DNA of 63,646 bases, filler included, from Hausera hauseri (Eukaryota), in assembly GCA_046269625.1 (NCBI GenBank). It is 11 parts of 11 records of this genome, joined end to end, with 100 filler letters (N's around TTAATTAATTAA, not from the genome) between each part and the next. Parts side by side here need not be neighbours in the genome. Positions count along the whole stretch, not along the records: positions 47,732 to 52,867 come from JBJURY010324717.1; positions 52,968 to 59,207 come from JBJURY010121428.1; positions 59,308 to 63,646 come from JBJURY010628330.1; 8 more parts are not named here. The stretch is one strand, 5' to 3'. Each line of letters begins with the position of its first letter. The first letter of the stretch is position 1. The notes under the pieces were generated by a model. It was not told the DNA's origin. It saw only the letters and a program-made list of their open reading frames with translations, and ran no database searches. Below are positions 51,016-62,779 of this stretch, piece after piece. A program made the position numbers and the translations under genes.

Positions 51016-52967
51016 TAGAAGAAGGAACAAGAGGAATGACGCGAGGCAACAATATGCTACATGTGTTCCAAATCCTTCACTAAGAAGAATCATAAAATCA
51101 GGGATCTCTGCCATTTTACAGGCACATATCGGGGTGCAGCCTTCAATAATTGCAACCTACGTTGTAGAATAGTAACATTTGTGCCTGTAACAACCTCAGT
51201 GGATATGATTTCCATTTTATAGTCCAGAAATTTGGAAACATTGAAGGTAACATCGAGGTGATCCAAAAAAGCAAAGAAAAATATGTGACCCTTACGAAAC
51301 ATGTCGGAAAAGTCAGACTCACTTCGTAGACAGCTTTCGCTTCAAAAGAACCTCCAGCAGAATAACTGAAGGAGATGAAGCCGTTTTTTTCTACTACATT
51401 TGACTTGGTCAAAAGGAAAGGAGTGTTTCTCTATGATTACATCACATCATGAAAATATTTGATGAAACAGCTTTGTCGGCCAAGAATGACCTTTACAAGA
51501 AGCTTCCAGATAGTGATATTAGCGATGCGAATTATCAACACGCACGAAAGGTCTAGGAAGATGTAGACCTTTTCATATTCAAATGTAGAACAATAGGAGA
51601 ATATAGCAACATATATCTTCTTACAAATGTGCTGGTACTGACAGATGTCTCAGAAAGCTTCCGAGATGTCACACATGCAAGCCACAAGTTGGATCCAGCT
51701 CATTTCTTTGAGGTGCTCCAGGAATGTGTTGAGTAGCGATGCTGAGATATACCGGTATTATACTGCAGATCTTGAAGGATTATTGTATGATCTTCATAAT
51801 CGAGCGAAGCATTAGAGGTAAAATATGAAAGGCAATTCACCGGGATAGTGAGACCAATAACAAGTACACGGCCGAATATGATCCATCGAAGGCATCCTTG
51901 TACATTACGTACTTGGATGCAAATAACCTATATGGTTGGGCAATAAGTGCCCCATTGCCTTATGACAACTTTAAATAAGTAGATCATGGATCACACTTAG
52001 CAATACAAGATGTAGATCCCAATGGAGATAGGTCTACATACTGGAGGTGGATGTTGAATATCCACATAATATCCATAAAGGGCATGAACAGCTGCCTTTC
52101 CTCCCTGAGAGCAAGCAGATACCTCATGGTAAATATCGAAAGCTGTTCTGCCGTCTAGAAAATTGAGAGAGGAATGAAGCCCACTACATCAGTCTCCAAC
52201 AACCAATGAAGAACGGACTCTGCATCATGAGATCCATCGGGCCCTGCAGTTCAGGCAGTCCATCAGAAAGCCCAATTCAATCTGTATAAGAACAGCGTTT
52301 TTGGAAAAACGATGGAGAACATCGGAAACAGGATAAACATCGAACTGGTCTGTGAGTAGAAAAGGGCCAAGAAGCTGATCGCTAAGCCGAATTTTCACAA
52401 CAGCACCATACACACAGACAACCTGGTCAGTATTCATATGCTGAAAACAGCTTAAGTTCAACAAGCCAATTTATATGGGCATGTCAATACTGGACATATC
52501 AAAGAACTTGATGGATGACTTTCATGATAACATCACGGTCCCCGCATTCAAGGATCTACAGCTGATGTATATGGATTCTGATAGTTTCATATATAAGATC
52601 CATACAGTCGACATCTATTTGGACTTTGCTGAATTGGCACAGCATATAAATACGTCCAACTATCGTAATGACCATAGAAACTTCTCTGTAAAGAACAAAA
52701 GGCCCTTGGAAAATTCAAAGATGATATGAACGCGGCAATTATCTCAAGATTTGTAGCTCTTAGGTCCAAATGTACGCCATCGATGTCTGTGACCAAGTAA
52801 AGAAGTAGGCCGAGGGTTATGCAGGAGCAAACACGCATATTATCCGAAATACGAATGATCCAATATANNNNNNNNNNNNNNNNNNNNNNNNNNNNNNNNN
52901 NNNNNNNNNNNTTAATTAATTAANNNNNNNNNNNNNNNNNNNNNNNNNNNNNNNNNNNNNNNNNNNN

Positions 52968-53024
<57 letters not shown>
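52968..53024 (+). repeat. (ATG)n microsatellite
   Basis: Perfect ATG repeats at the contig start. Confidence 0.97.
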
Positions 53025-53025
<1 letters not shown>

Positions 53026-53100
53026 CGCAGTTTGTTTATTAATACCCATGTAAATACCCATATTCACAGTGATGTCAATGATGATTATGCAGTTTGTTTA

Positions 53101-54096
53101 TTATCGACCATGTCGAAAATGTAACGTCAAATGTGTTGTTGACCCAAACAAATTTAATGGGTTGCCAAAATTCATCAAACATATACACGGAAATACTGTG
53201 CACAATATTGTGAGACAATAAGTACATGGGTCAGAACATATTAACGCGAACAGTTTCACCCGATGTTCTGTACGTGTCATAATCCAGTTCGGTAGAGGCC
53301 AGTAGTTGTTTACGTTCTCCATCAACGAGTACGGATTCGGTTAAATCCGTTAAAATGTTGATTCTACGGAATGCTCCATAGAGTTGTGGTTTGTATTTGG
53401 CAACAATAGATCGTCCAACAATGGTTTGATAGAATTCTCGTTTTGATAAACCCAGATTCCGAGCCAATAATTCATCAAAGGCAAAATATGTAACATTATC
53501 ATGTAGTATAATCGAAATATGAACTTCTGCGTTTATTTCACATATCTTTACGGCTAATGTAGCTGTTTTCTTGACGTAATCAGACAATTCGAGTTCCGTT
53601 TTCATTAATAAATCATGTGGTATAATATGAGCGGAAGACTGATTCTGACTTAGTCCACTTTACTATATCAGATTCCGCATTGGATGAATTTTTCACCAAT
53701 TATAAAATGTCCACCTAGCCGTAGACGTTTTGAGTTTCTATTGGCTAATTGAAAACCCCATGCCTGAGCATCAGCTATAGATTTAAATTGCATTTCAATG
53801 TGACTTCGATGCATTAGTTTCATACGGTAGTTTACAAAAGAAGCATAAACCGAGAAATTTTGTCGCGAATAATTGCGAAGAGTTGAAAACGACTTGAAAT
53901 AGGGTTCGTTTCTTGTCGGGTAAAGTAAATACCACTGTTCTGACGTATTGTCATTGGTGAAAATGTAAAGGCTAATTCCGTCAAAGCCACTTCCTAGGCT
54001 CCATGGCCTAAATCGACCGGTTGATCCATGTGCATGGTAAACTGTTAAGGGTATTGTCTTTGTCGTCATGTTGTGATAATGATCTGTTACTATCAA
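53101..54096 (-). pseudogene. Polinton minor capsid (penton) protein
   Basis: C-terminal pattern INILTDLTESVLVDG..KQLL...PMY...ISVY.FD..GNPLNL...THLTLHFR; directly downstream of integrase. Confidence 0.7.
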
Positions 54097-54117
54097 GTAC
54101 CAAGTAAATGCTGCTGT

Positions 54118-55144
54118 TCATTGAATCTGTGATGCAAAAATCCAATTCGGTGCAGTGTATCCGTGCCACTTGACGAGATATTGTTTATTCGAATTTTTTG
54201 CCATGTGAACGTAGAATTTCCTGAATAAGATATACATCGGGTTTCTCGAGCAGTACCTGCAGTTCCTGTTCGTAGGATTTACCGCGTATTTCCTCACGGT
54301 TTCATCCTTTAAAACGTACATGACAGATGGTTGTTTTGTGTTGATTGCCGAAATGAGGAAAACCTCGTCGCTCCAGTTCTGATTGAAATGCTTAATGAAT
54401 GACATACTTATTTTCGAAATACGTACACAAGCACCGATTTTATATTTTGGGCGTTTAATTGCCTGTCGTTATGTTCAGTTTTGATAAAGCCACATGTCCA
54501 AATCATCGATTCCGTCAACCGGGAGCATTCCATTGATTCCACGGTGTCGAATGATTGTATGCATGAATAATATCCGGCAGTACATCTACCCAGCGTTTGT
54601 TGTCTTGCTTCGTAAAGAATTTGTTTAGGCGACCGCGCAATATTTGATTAAATCGTTCAACGAGTGCAGCCTTGTATTGGGAAAACACCGAGTTGTGGTT
54701 TACGCCCAACCGTTTCAAGACCGCTGCAACGTGGGCGTTGTAGAATTCATTACCCAAATCCGTTTGTAAGTTCTTCGGCTCTTGTTGTTGTTGCATCAGT
54801 GTCTGAACAGCGTCAGCAATCTCTTTACCGGATTTAGATTTCACGGCAATTGCTCATGCAAAACGAGTAAGCACATCAACACATGTCATCACGTACCAAT
54901 ACCCATCGTTGATGCTGGCATACCGAATCATTTCCATCAGATCCATTTGCCATACGTTATTTACACCGGCAACACAGTATGCACGAGTTGGAAACCGCCT
55001 TCTTATCTGTTTGTTTAGGCTGTATGCTATCTGTTTCCCCAGCCAACGTTTGGTATGTTGCCGAGTCTGTTTGACAGTCTTTGTCAGTTTGTCGACGCCA
55101 GTATACCCGACAGGATGACTCGGGTCGAACCACACATTGCCCAT
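54118..55144 (-). mobile_element. Polinton RVE integrase + chromodomain, copy 2
   Basis: VWQMDLM, CVDVLTRFA, LQTDLGNEFYN, VERFN, NWSDEVF, QYLVKWHGY. Confidence 0.92.
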
Positions 55145-55288
55145 CGTTGTCGTCGATGATGTCGTTTTTGTTAGCATTGTAGCAATTAGAACGAAACGTA
55201 AATGAAAGATTCGGTAAACTGACACAAAATGATGAAAACCATGCACACCTATCGCCGAATCATCATATACTTACTTTCATTGTTTATA

Positions 55289-55603
55289 CTATGCTGCAGA
55301 ACCAATGAGTCCACCCAGTAATGACGTGATAATCGGTAGAATTGCACCAAGGAATCCGCCATCTTGCTGTTACATGACCTCGCGTTTCAGTCGTTTACTA
55401 CGGGCGTTGGCAAGGCCAATGAGTCGTTTTAGATACTTTAGTAAATTCCGCTTTCCGCTACCAATGTCAACGTGACCCACAACGATATTGTATAAAATTT
55501 CCATCAAATCGTCTACTACAAATTGCGGGAATGATCGCAGCTTATGTCTCGTAGGTGCCTTGAGCAAAGTAATAAAGTACGGCTGACTACGTTTGAATCG
55601 CAT
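55289..55603 (-). pseudogene. Core-protein-like gene, copy 2
   Basis: MRFKRSQPYF...; read-through of one stop gives QQDGGFLGAILPIITSLLGGLIGSAA. Confidence 0.6.
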
Positions 55604-55789
55604 TTTTGGAAGTATTTATGCGGATGAGACGCAGTTGTTTATAACCGTTGCCAATGTGACAGTTGTTGCAGCTGTTCGACGAAACACAAAATTGATTAGT
55701 CGCTTGACTGTAGCGGTTCGTTTTGATGCACATTTCTTGACAGGCAGCCGCTTGGTAAATTTGCGTTTAACAATTGATTTTCGGAAATT

Positions 55790-56451
55790 CTTCGTTTTAT
55801 CACTAGCGTGTCGATTTTTGAATTTGTATATAGACACACACCTTTCTGATTGAAAATGTCTGTTCGTACACGCAGGTCATCGGAACACTGTTGTGTAAAG
55901 TCGATGAACACGTGTCCATGTGGCTCAGTTGTAGCATGATATGCATTTATCAAGTAAGTTCGGTTGTGAGGATATGCTTGTCGTGCAACATAATCAAAGA
56001 TAGTCTGATCACGGGGATTTTTGAACAACACCAAATAGTGTACCTTTAGATTTCTTGCTCGATGCTGTCCGCCCTGATGGAACATGTTTTGCGTAAGGAA
56101 AATAACCGTCACACCACGTGTCGTGCAAACTTCGTGAAAAGGTTGTTTAAGTAGGTTTATTTCGTTGCCTCTTGAAATAAATTTTCAATGACAATAACGT
56201 CACCATTGCGTAATCGTTCAGACCAGTTCTCATCAAACCCATCAATTACCGTTATCAATTTCATTTTACAAAATTATCTGTGTCCAACCGGACTCTCCAT
56301 CATCACCACTGCCCTGATGCCAGTAAATGTGATTGTACCGAGGCGAATGCAACATGTCACGGTAGTCCTGCAATAGTTTACACAAAAAGTGTGTTTTGCC
56401 ACTTCCACTGGGGCCTACAATCTGGAAAATGGCACCATTCTGCAGCTTCAT
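55790..56451 (-). pseudogene. A32-like packaging ATPase, copy 2
   Basis: Walker A IVGPSGSGKT; VIFLTQNMF; YLVLFKNPRD; PHGHVFIDF. Confidence 0.92.
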
Positions 56452-56510
56452 CTAATAATATACAAACTTTCCTCACATCACATCATTTGTTTATAATCAT
56501 ATTACACGCA

Positions 56511-56518
56511 TATAAATA
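56511..56518 (+). promoter_or_regulatory. TATA box upstream of TBP-like gene
   Basis: TATAAATA about 30 nt before ATG 56545; conserved in copy 1 (29275-29282, minus strand). Confidence 0.5.
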
Positions 56519-56544
56519 GCTATAGTATAAACACTGTTTCCATA

Positions 56545-57000
56545 ATGTTAGCTAACATTAACTATCGCGGACATGTTACCGAGTGTGACATTAACACACT
56601 ACCTTTAATCAATGGAAGCCGAGGCAGTATGTCCTCAAGTGTCCATCGGATTTTACATGCATCGTATTTCAATCGGGAAAGTGTTGTATTATGGGTTGTC
56701 GCAAACCAATCACAGCTTACAACAGTAACAGTAAATTACTACCATTCACAATTGTCATTGACTAAATCCAATCAATAACAGTAACGACTCAGACTACCAA
56801 ACAATCTGTACAAATTAGCAATGGCCGTTGCTGAATGTACGTATGAACCCGAACTGTTTCCTGCACTGAGACTGACATCGTTTCGCCCACTTTGTGTTAG
56901 TGTTTAGCAGTGGAAAAATTGTTGTATTCGGTATTCGGACAGTGGACTATGAACCGATTATTAATCACATTAAAAACCACCAACGTCTTAGTGATTAAAA
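56545..57000 (+). pseudogene. TATA-binding-protein-like gene carried by Polinton (copy 2)
   Basis: Across frameshifts: MLANINYRG...FTCIVFQSGKCCIMG...IQSITV...YEPELFPALRLTSFRPLCV...FSSGKIVVFG. Confidence 0.82.
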
Positions 57001-57214
57001 GTAATGTACATTGAACAACAAACTATAAATACCATTCCCATGGTTATTCAGACATTACTGCCATTGAAGACGACGATGAAACGATTCTAATCATTGATGC
57101 CAATGATGAAAGTTGAAATTGGTCGAGGTTGTTCGACTACAATAAGGACAATCCTACTGTCAAATTTCTGGAAACTAAAACAGAACCTGTCCAACATTTA
57201 TAAAAACCGTGTGA

Positions 57215-57739
57215 TTGTCTGAAGGGCGATTGTCTGGAAACGAAACAGGAACTTGCTCAGAAATCAGGAGCAGCAAAACCGACGTTAAAAAGGCAAAATG
57301 CAATTATTGGAATATGCAAACGAAAATGAAGACCGTCGTGCCAAACAGACATTTTTACCGAAAAGAATTTTTCGCAAGTATGGAATGCATTTTCTGCAAA
57401 TGCCCATACTGATTTCATTGAATGATCCCGTGTCTCTGTGCACCCAAGTACAGCTATCATGCGAAAAGGCTTTCGGGTGAAAATTTGGATAAACTTTCTG
57501 ATGCTTTACATCAATTAAACATGGATTTAAAGTTGAGTGAAACGACCTTGCAACAGCAATCTCTCGTTTTACCAGCCACAACAACTAAATTGTTTGATTT
57601 TATTGGTAGCGAAATGTCTAATAGACCCGATGATGATTTAGAGTGTCGACATAACATTGAATTGCAAGAATACAAGGCAAATGCCGGTATCAAAAGCCTG
57701 ATTTGTCGTATAGCCGAAGCACAATTTAGTTATCAATAA
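57215..57739 (+). pseudogene. Polinton accessory gene X2, copy 2
   Basis: Homologous to 28005-28500. Confidence 0.6.
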
Positions 57740-57840
57740 ATGTTGCTTATGTGTATTTTAACGTTTTTTTTTTCATGAACCCATTAGCGAGTATAAATAG
57801 ACATGCAATTTGTTTCTTTGGGAGTATAGTAGTAATAATA

Positions 57841-58302
57841 ATGAATGATGTAAAAATTATTCTGACGGATGAAAATGCTATGATACCGAGATGTGTTACG
57901 ACAAACAGTTCAGGCTACGATGTGTTTTCCAATGTCAATAAGATAATTGCCGATAGCACAATCAAATGTATAACGACCGGAATTCGATTGGCGATTCCGC
58001 CCGGTTACTACGGCCAACTTTCATCGAAAAGCGGATTGACAAAGATCAAACTGACAGTTGTCGGCGGCGTAACTGATTCTGACTATCGTGGTGAAATCAA
58101 AGGGTTGCTGGAAAATCAGTCCGGAGCCATGTACAATATTTCAAAAGCCAGTGCCGTGGCACAAATCGTTTTTCTTTGTTGTGAAGAGGCTGAATTCACT
58201 GTAATGTCATCAGAAAAGTGGGGATTGTTTTGTGTAAATGAAACGTTGAATGAACGCAAAGAACGCGGTTTCGATGATTCGGACAAAACCACTTGTGTTT
58301 AA
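57841..58302 (+). CDS. dut: dUTPase (Polinton-borne), uninterrupted ORF
   Basis: All five motifs recognisable: SGYDV, SKSGL, GGVTDSDYRGEIK, VAQIV, ERKERGFDDS. Confidence 0.92.
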   Translation: MNDVKIILTDENAMIPRCVTTNSSGYDVFSNVNKIIADSTIKCITTGIRLAIPPGYYGQLSSKSGLTKIKLTVVGGVTDSDYRGEIKGLLENQSGAMYNISKASAVAQIVFLCCEEAEFTVMSSEKWGLFCVNETLNERKERGFDDSDKTTCV

Positions 58303-58372
58303 TGATTTGTGATGATAATAATAATAGTTGTTTTGTCTTCTAAACAAAAAATGATTCTCTACATGATAAGTA

Positions 58373-58863
58373 ATGGCGACAACATTTATAGATATTGAAG
58401 CTTTCCTAGATAATAATGCCGAGTACCTGATAAAGGAATTATGCGTTATGGACGTCGGTAACATTTCCAAACCGCTTGTGTACGTATTCAAGACCCGTGT
58501 CGTGTGGAATGACCTGCGAGAAAAGGCGAAAATTACCCATGGATATCTCATACGACGTCATCATGGACTTTATTGGCACGAAGGCAATTCAACGTTTTGC
58601 GTATCATGTATCATGCGAGACATTTGTGATCGTTTTGACATTCGAAATACAATATTTTACATTAAAGATCAAATTGACTGACAAAAGTTTACGCAACTCC
58701 ATTCACAGTTTCCCGAGTTGCGAATGACAACGTATTCAACAACATGGAACAGCTTACTGGCGATGGTACCTGACAATATTAGATGTCCGTTTCGTGATCA
58801 TGGACCGCATTGTGCTTACTAAAAATGACTACGGCTTTGTATTGACTATATTTCATGCAAATA
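58373..58863 (+). pseudogene. DEDD-like nuclease, copy 3
   Basis: N-terminal FIDIEAF (DxE ExoI-like), IKELC, HHGLYWHEG, C-terminal CP..DHGPHCA; two in-frame stops. Confidence 0.65.
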
Positions 58864-58979
58864 AATGTATTTCTGTTTGTCTTTTTGTTTCCGTAAATAT
58901 GGCACGCAGTATTGCTCAGTTGAATAATTCAGAAACTATAAATACGAGTAAGTTATACTAATAATAATAATCATCATCA

Positions 58980-59207
58980 TCACGGAAATAGTTAATAAAC
59001 TGAAGCAATTGCAATATTTTGATGGATTATCAATTTCAGACTTGGCAAAATGGTGGAAAATACTTGATCGTGAGCTGTTTGCGAGAGCAGCAGGTGATTT
59101 TGGATTTAAAGATTTAGCGTCAATAGCACTGATGACAGCAACAGATTGTAGCTCTATAGGAAATCTAATTATTTTGTTAAATCAAATGTACATTCACCGA
59201 TTGTACG
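58980..59207 (+). pseudogene. Polinton accessory gene Y, copy 2 (partial)
   Basis: Homologous to 26490-26713. Confidence 0.55.
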
Positions 59208-59307
59208 NNNNNNNNNNNNNNNNNNNNNNNNNNNNNNNNNNNNNNNNNNNNTTAATTAATTAANNNNNNNNNNNNNNNNNNNNNNNNNNNNNNNNNNNNN
59301 NNNNNNN

Positions 59308-59870
59308 TTAAACTTTAATTTCTTAATTTTGACAAAGTTACAGCTTCTTCTAGAGGAAGGTTCCCATATTATAACCAAACTTCTAAAAGCACAGATTCCA
59401 TCTTGTAAGTGACATTTTTGATTCTCCATGTATAACTTGGTGACACTATGAAACATTACTTTCTGTGACCGCATCTCTGATTCATAAAAAACTACGACTA
59501 CCACATTCGATTGTAATCCTTTTCAGATGTCATATTCCTCTCCGTGACAATGTCTGCTATGCATATCTGGTTTTCCGGCCACTACCTTATATGCCCTAAT
59601 TATCTTTCCTGGTTGCATTTCTAACTGCATACTGTCCCATTGTACTCTTCCAGTCTCTTTAGCTTGTTTGCAGTGTGGGCGTTCTAAATTCATTGGAATT
59701 AGCGAAGTAGTTGGTTTGATTATGGAGGAATTACCGTGTACTAGTCCACAGTTNNNNNNNNNNTGTCTAACGATATCAATTCTTGTTGTTGATACAGGAA
59801 GTAACTTTTCTCTTTTGTTTTCAATTTGTGCGGTCTGGCATACTCGCATACTTCTAGGTCCATTAAAGAA
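59308..59870 (-). pseudogene. Possible viral/retroelement envelope glycoprotein fragment
   Basis: Spaced cysteines and CHLQDGIC....IIWEP....CNF motif reminiscent of class III fusion glycoproteins; frameshifted. Confidence 0.35.
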
Positions 59871-59950
59871 TACCTCTGTCCTAATTTAAACTTATCGCAA
59901 TAATAGACGGTAAGCAAACTAATTAACCAATTCGATTCGTTTTTAGGACC

Positions 59951-62679
59951 TCAAAGGTCTGACGTTGTCAGGTTGCGTAACATATCATTGAGTTTATTGT
60001 TGTTTCTTTTGTCTTCTTCCTTGTCAAATAGCTTTGCCAAATTTACTTCGCAAGGCATTCTTCTTGCTGCTTTTTGTGCTAAGCTTATAGCCCGATTGAA
60101 TTCATTTTCTCGGTTAGGATTTATTTTGATAGCTAAGTATAGTAATACTTTTCTCATTTCTTCATTCGTGTTTTCTACCATGATCTTTTCTATTACTGAC
60201 TCGTCGGTTAAGTTACTTTTTGATAGTTTGAAACGTGAACTTCTCATCATTTTGGCTGCATCGAAAATTATTTTTTCTTTACCATCTAACACATCTCCTC
60301 GAAAACTAAAATAATTTACAATTTGTATTAAATTTTTCATTAACTCGCTTAATTCCTCGTTACCTGGGCTAAGAGTCGGAATCGACATATGTCTCAATTC
60401 TCTAATTAATTCTCCGTTGTAATCCACTTCTTCTCGCATTTTTTTAGGTCTGCCTACTGGGTGTTTCGGTCTTGGACCCTTAGTGGTTGTTTTACTTAGT
60501 GGTACTAAATTTATGTCGTATTGTTCTTTATCCTCGTCCGTTTGTAAATACTTAAAATACAGTGCAGCGTCTCGAACTCCCATGATTTGTCCTACGCATT
60601 GTTCTGTTTTGGCTTTACGTGTAGCTTCTTTTGTCTGTTCGTTAGCTATTACTATCACTAGCCGATTTGTTTCGTCCGGAATAATACCGACGTCTTAGTT
60701 GTTCTAGGTCATCGAATATTCTACCTCTAAAATAAAATCTGTAGTTTAACTCGTTCGTTCCACCATTGTTTACTAGCCATTCTCGTACGTCCTTTACGTA
60801 GGAATATGTAGTCAACTCATTCTTTTTCGTCCATCCATTCGGATGACACCATAACCCTTATCGTCACCTCGGGTTTAGCCCTCAAGATTTTAGCGTACTT
60901 CCTTATCAAAAGTTTCAGCACCGTACTATAAATCGTGTTTTCGCTACATAATTTAGGTAAAGTTGGAATAAGTTGTCGTAATTTATTCTCAGTAATATTT
61001 ATGTTATTTAATTCAATCAAATCCTTTTCAGTTAGCGCTGAATCCAGTAGCATCTCCACATCGAATCTTCTGTTCTGCGGGCACGTTTCTATCTCATTCA
61101 ATTGTATTGGAGTAATGGGATATTCGGTCAGCATTGCATCGAAATATGCATCCCATTCTGGTTCATTACTGACCTCGGGGAGTCCAGCGTCTATCCTAAT
61201 TGTTTTTGCTCTCTGTACATTTTCCCTAATTTCTTTCAATTTTAGTTGTATTTCTTTCATCTGCGTAGTCCGAAAACCTACTCCATTTCCACAAGCATAT
61301 TGAATCATTTTCAGTCCCTTTTGGTGATAGTCTGTTAATTCGATGATTACATCTTTTTGCCATCTTTGTATAAATTCTAGCTTATTCTTAATTTCGGATT
61401 CGGTAAAAGCATACTTGTTTTGATAGATTTCAAGCTCTTTTGTTATTTCATCTAACCTTGTCGCTCTTTGTTTCGTCTTGATATATGTTTCTTCTACTTA
61501 TTGTATCTTAGGCATCAATTGCCTCATTTGCTCATCACTGACTTCTGCCATTTCCACCAACTCATACATCTCATTTATAACTTTTGAATCAGGGTCCATT
61601 GCATCCGACAATTTCTTCACGAATTTGTGTTCCTGAAAACTAAAATTTGGATCGTTCCCTATTTCTATCAACTTGGTATGGAAATTCTGGTCTGATCCGG
61701 CCATCCATTCTTGAGGTTTGTGCAAAAACTTTATTGCGTCCGTTAACGTATCTCGATGCCCTGGACAAATGTTCAGGATTTCAGTGTCTTGTGCAGAAAT
61801 TTCGTCGATTGGTTTTCCTGTTCAGTATTGTACTCCTTCGAGTCGAACAATCTTTAACTTTCAGTTCACATTGTAAGTCATATTCCGTTCTTCCGTAAAG
61901 TTCGTCTCTTCGATCGGCTTGTAGATTTCCTCCATCATCAATGCTTCTCGTTCCTTTTACATAAATTTTAGTCGTCGTAGCGCTTCGAATTGAGTAAGGA
62001 TGTTTATTTCTATCCGCATCGTGCCTAGGTCGTGCGCACTTTCTTCTAATTGTTTCTTTACCGTTGGCTCGCTTTGCGGAAATTCTGTTTTGCGATCTAC
62101 CAATTTGCTTAATCGCGTTACTAATTCGGACCATTCCGACAGTTGATTTGCGATTACAGGTTTCGCCATTATGGCTTTATCTAGCATCTCATAGGCATCT
62201 TCAAACTCATCGTCTGGTCCTTTTAGGAAATTCATGACTCGACCGACATAACTAAACTCGTCCCTGTACTCGTCCAATTCTACGATACAAGCCTTTACTG
62301 TATATTGAGTATCCTCGTAGTTTGGGAACATAATTCGATTTCTCAAACTATAAATCTGTGCTCGTGTTTCATTTTCTATTTTAATACGATTCTCTAAATT
62401 CGTATACCGTCTAGGTACAGTGAACGTGAGTTTAATCATCTCCATTAAGGGAGGAATATCTACTAGGTCTATACCCAATATTTTTAAGTCGATATTACTT
62501 CGATTACTGACCGGTTTTTCTCTGAGCCGGTGAATCATTACAAGGCGAATTTCATCCATCATACGTTCTTCAAAAAGGGCATAGGAAAATATGGACATGT
62601 GTCGACATTTTCCCTTGACCAACGGCACGTAATTGGGATATGTATTCATTATTATTCTAGGCGACCTATACTTTCCCAC
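59951..62679 (-). pseudogene. Long intronless unknown helical protein gene, interrupted by stops and a frameshift
   Basis: ORFs 62679-61957, 61725-61498 and 61308-60817 share one frame and the gaps translate as coding-like sequence; continues as 60658-59951. Confidence 0.55.
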
Positions 62680-62779
62680 GGAGCTACGACAGCATAGTGG
62701 TTAGTGGGCTATTTTTATCTTGTGGTCCCTGACGGGAGGAGTTGAATTTTACTGACCAAAACAGTTCAAGGGGTCAACC

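Larger units (their letters stand above)
47742..52800 (+). mobile_element. Polinton family A pPolB, degenerate, interrupted by Tc1-like element at about 49205-51015
   Basis: ELKALKVN, KSGW, ACINVLNDD, HFVWIKNF, YCDFEA, CHFTGTYRGAA.NNCNL, YLDANNLYGWA, VFGKTMEN, YMDSDSF. Confidence 0.9.

Noticed and set aside
19361-59207. One giant continuous endogenous virus spanning contigs 4-10
   Set aside because: Segments are separated by artificial linkers, overlap in gene content and belong to two families; they are separate copies
23730-59207. Programmed frameshifting or an alternative genetic code explaining broken ORFs
   Set aside because: Stops and indels fall at different positions in each copy and involve all stop types, consistent with neutral decay
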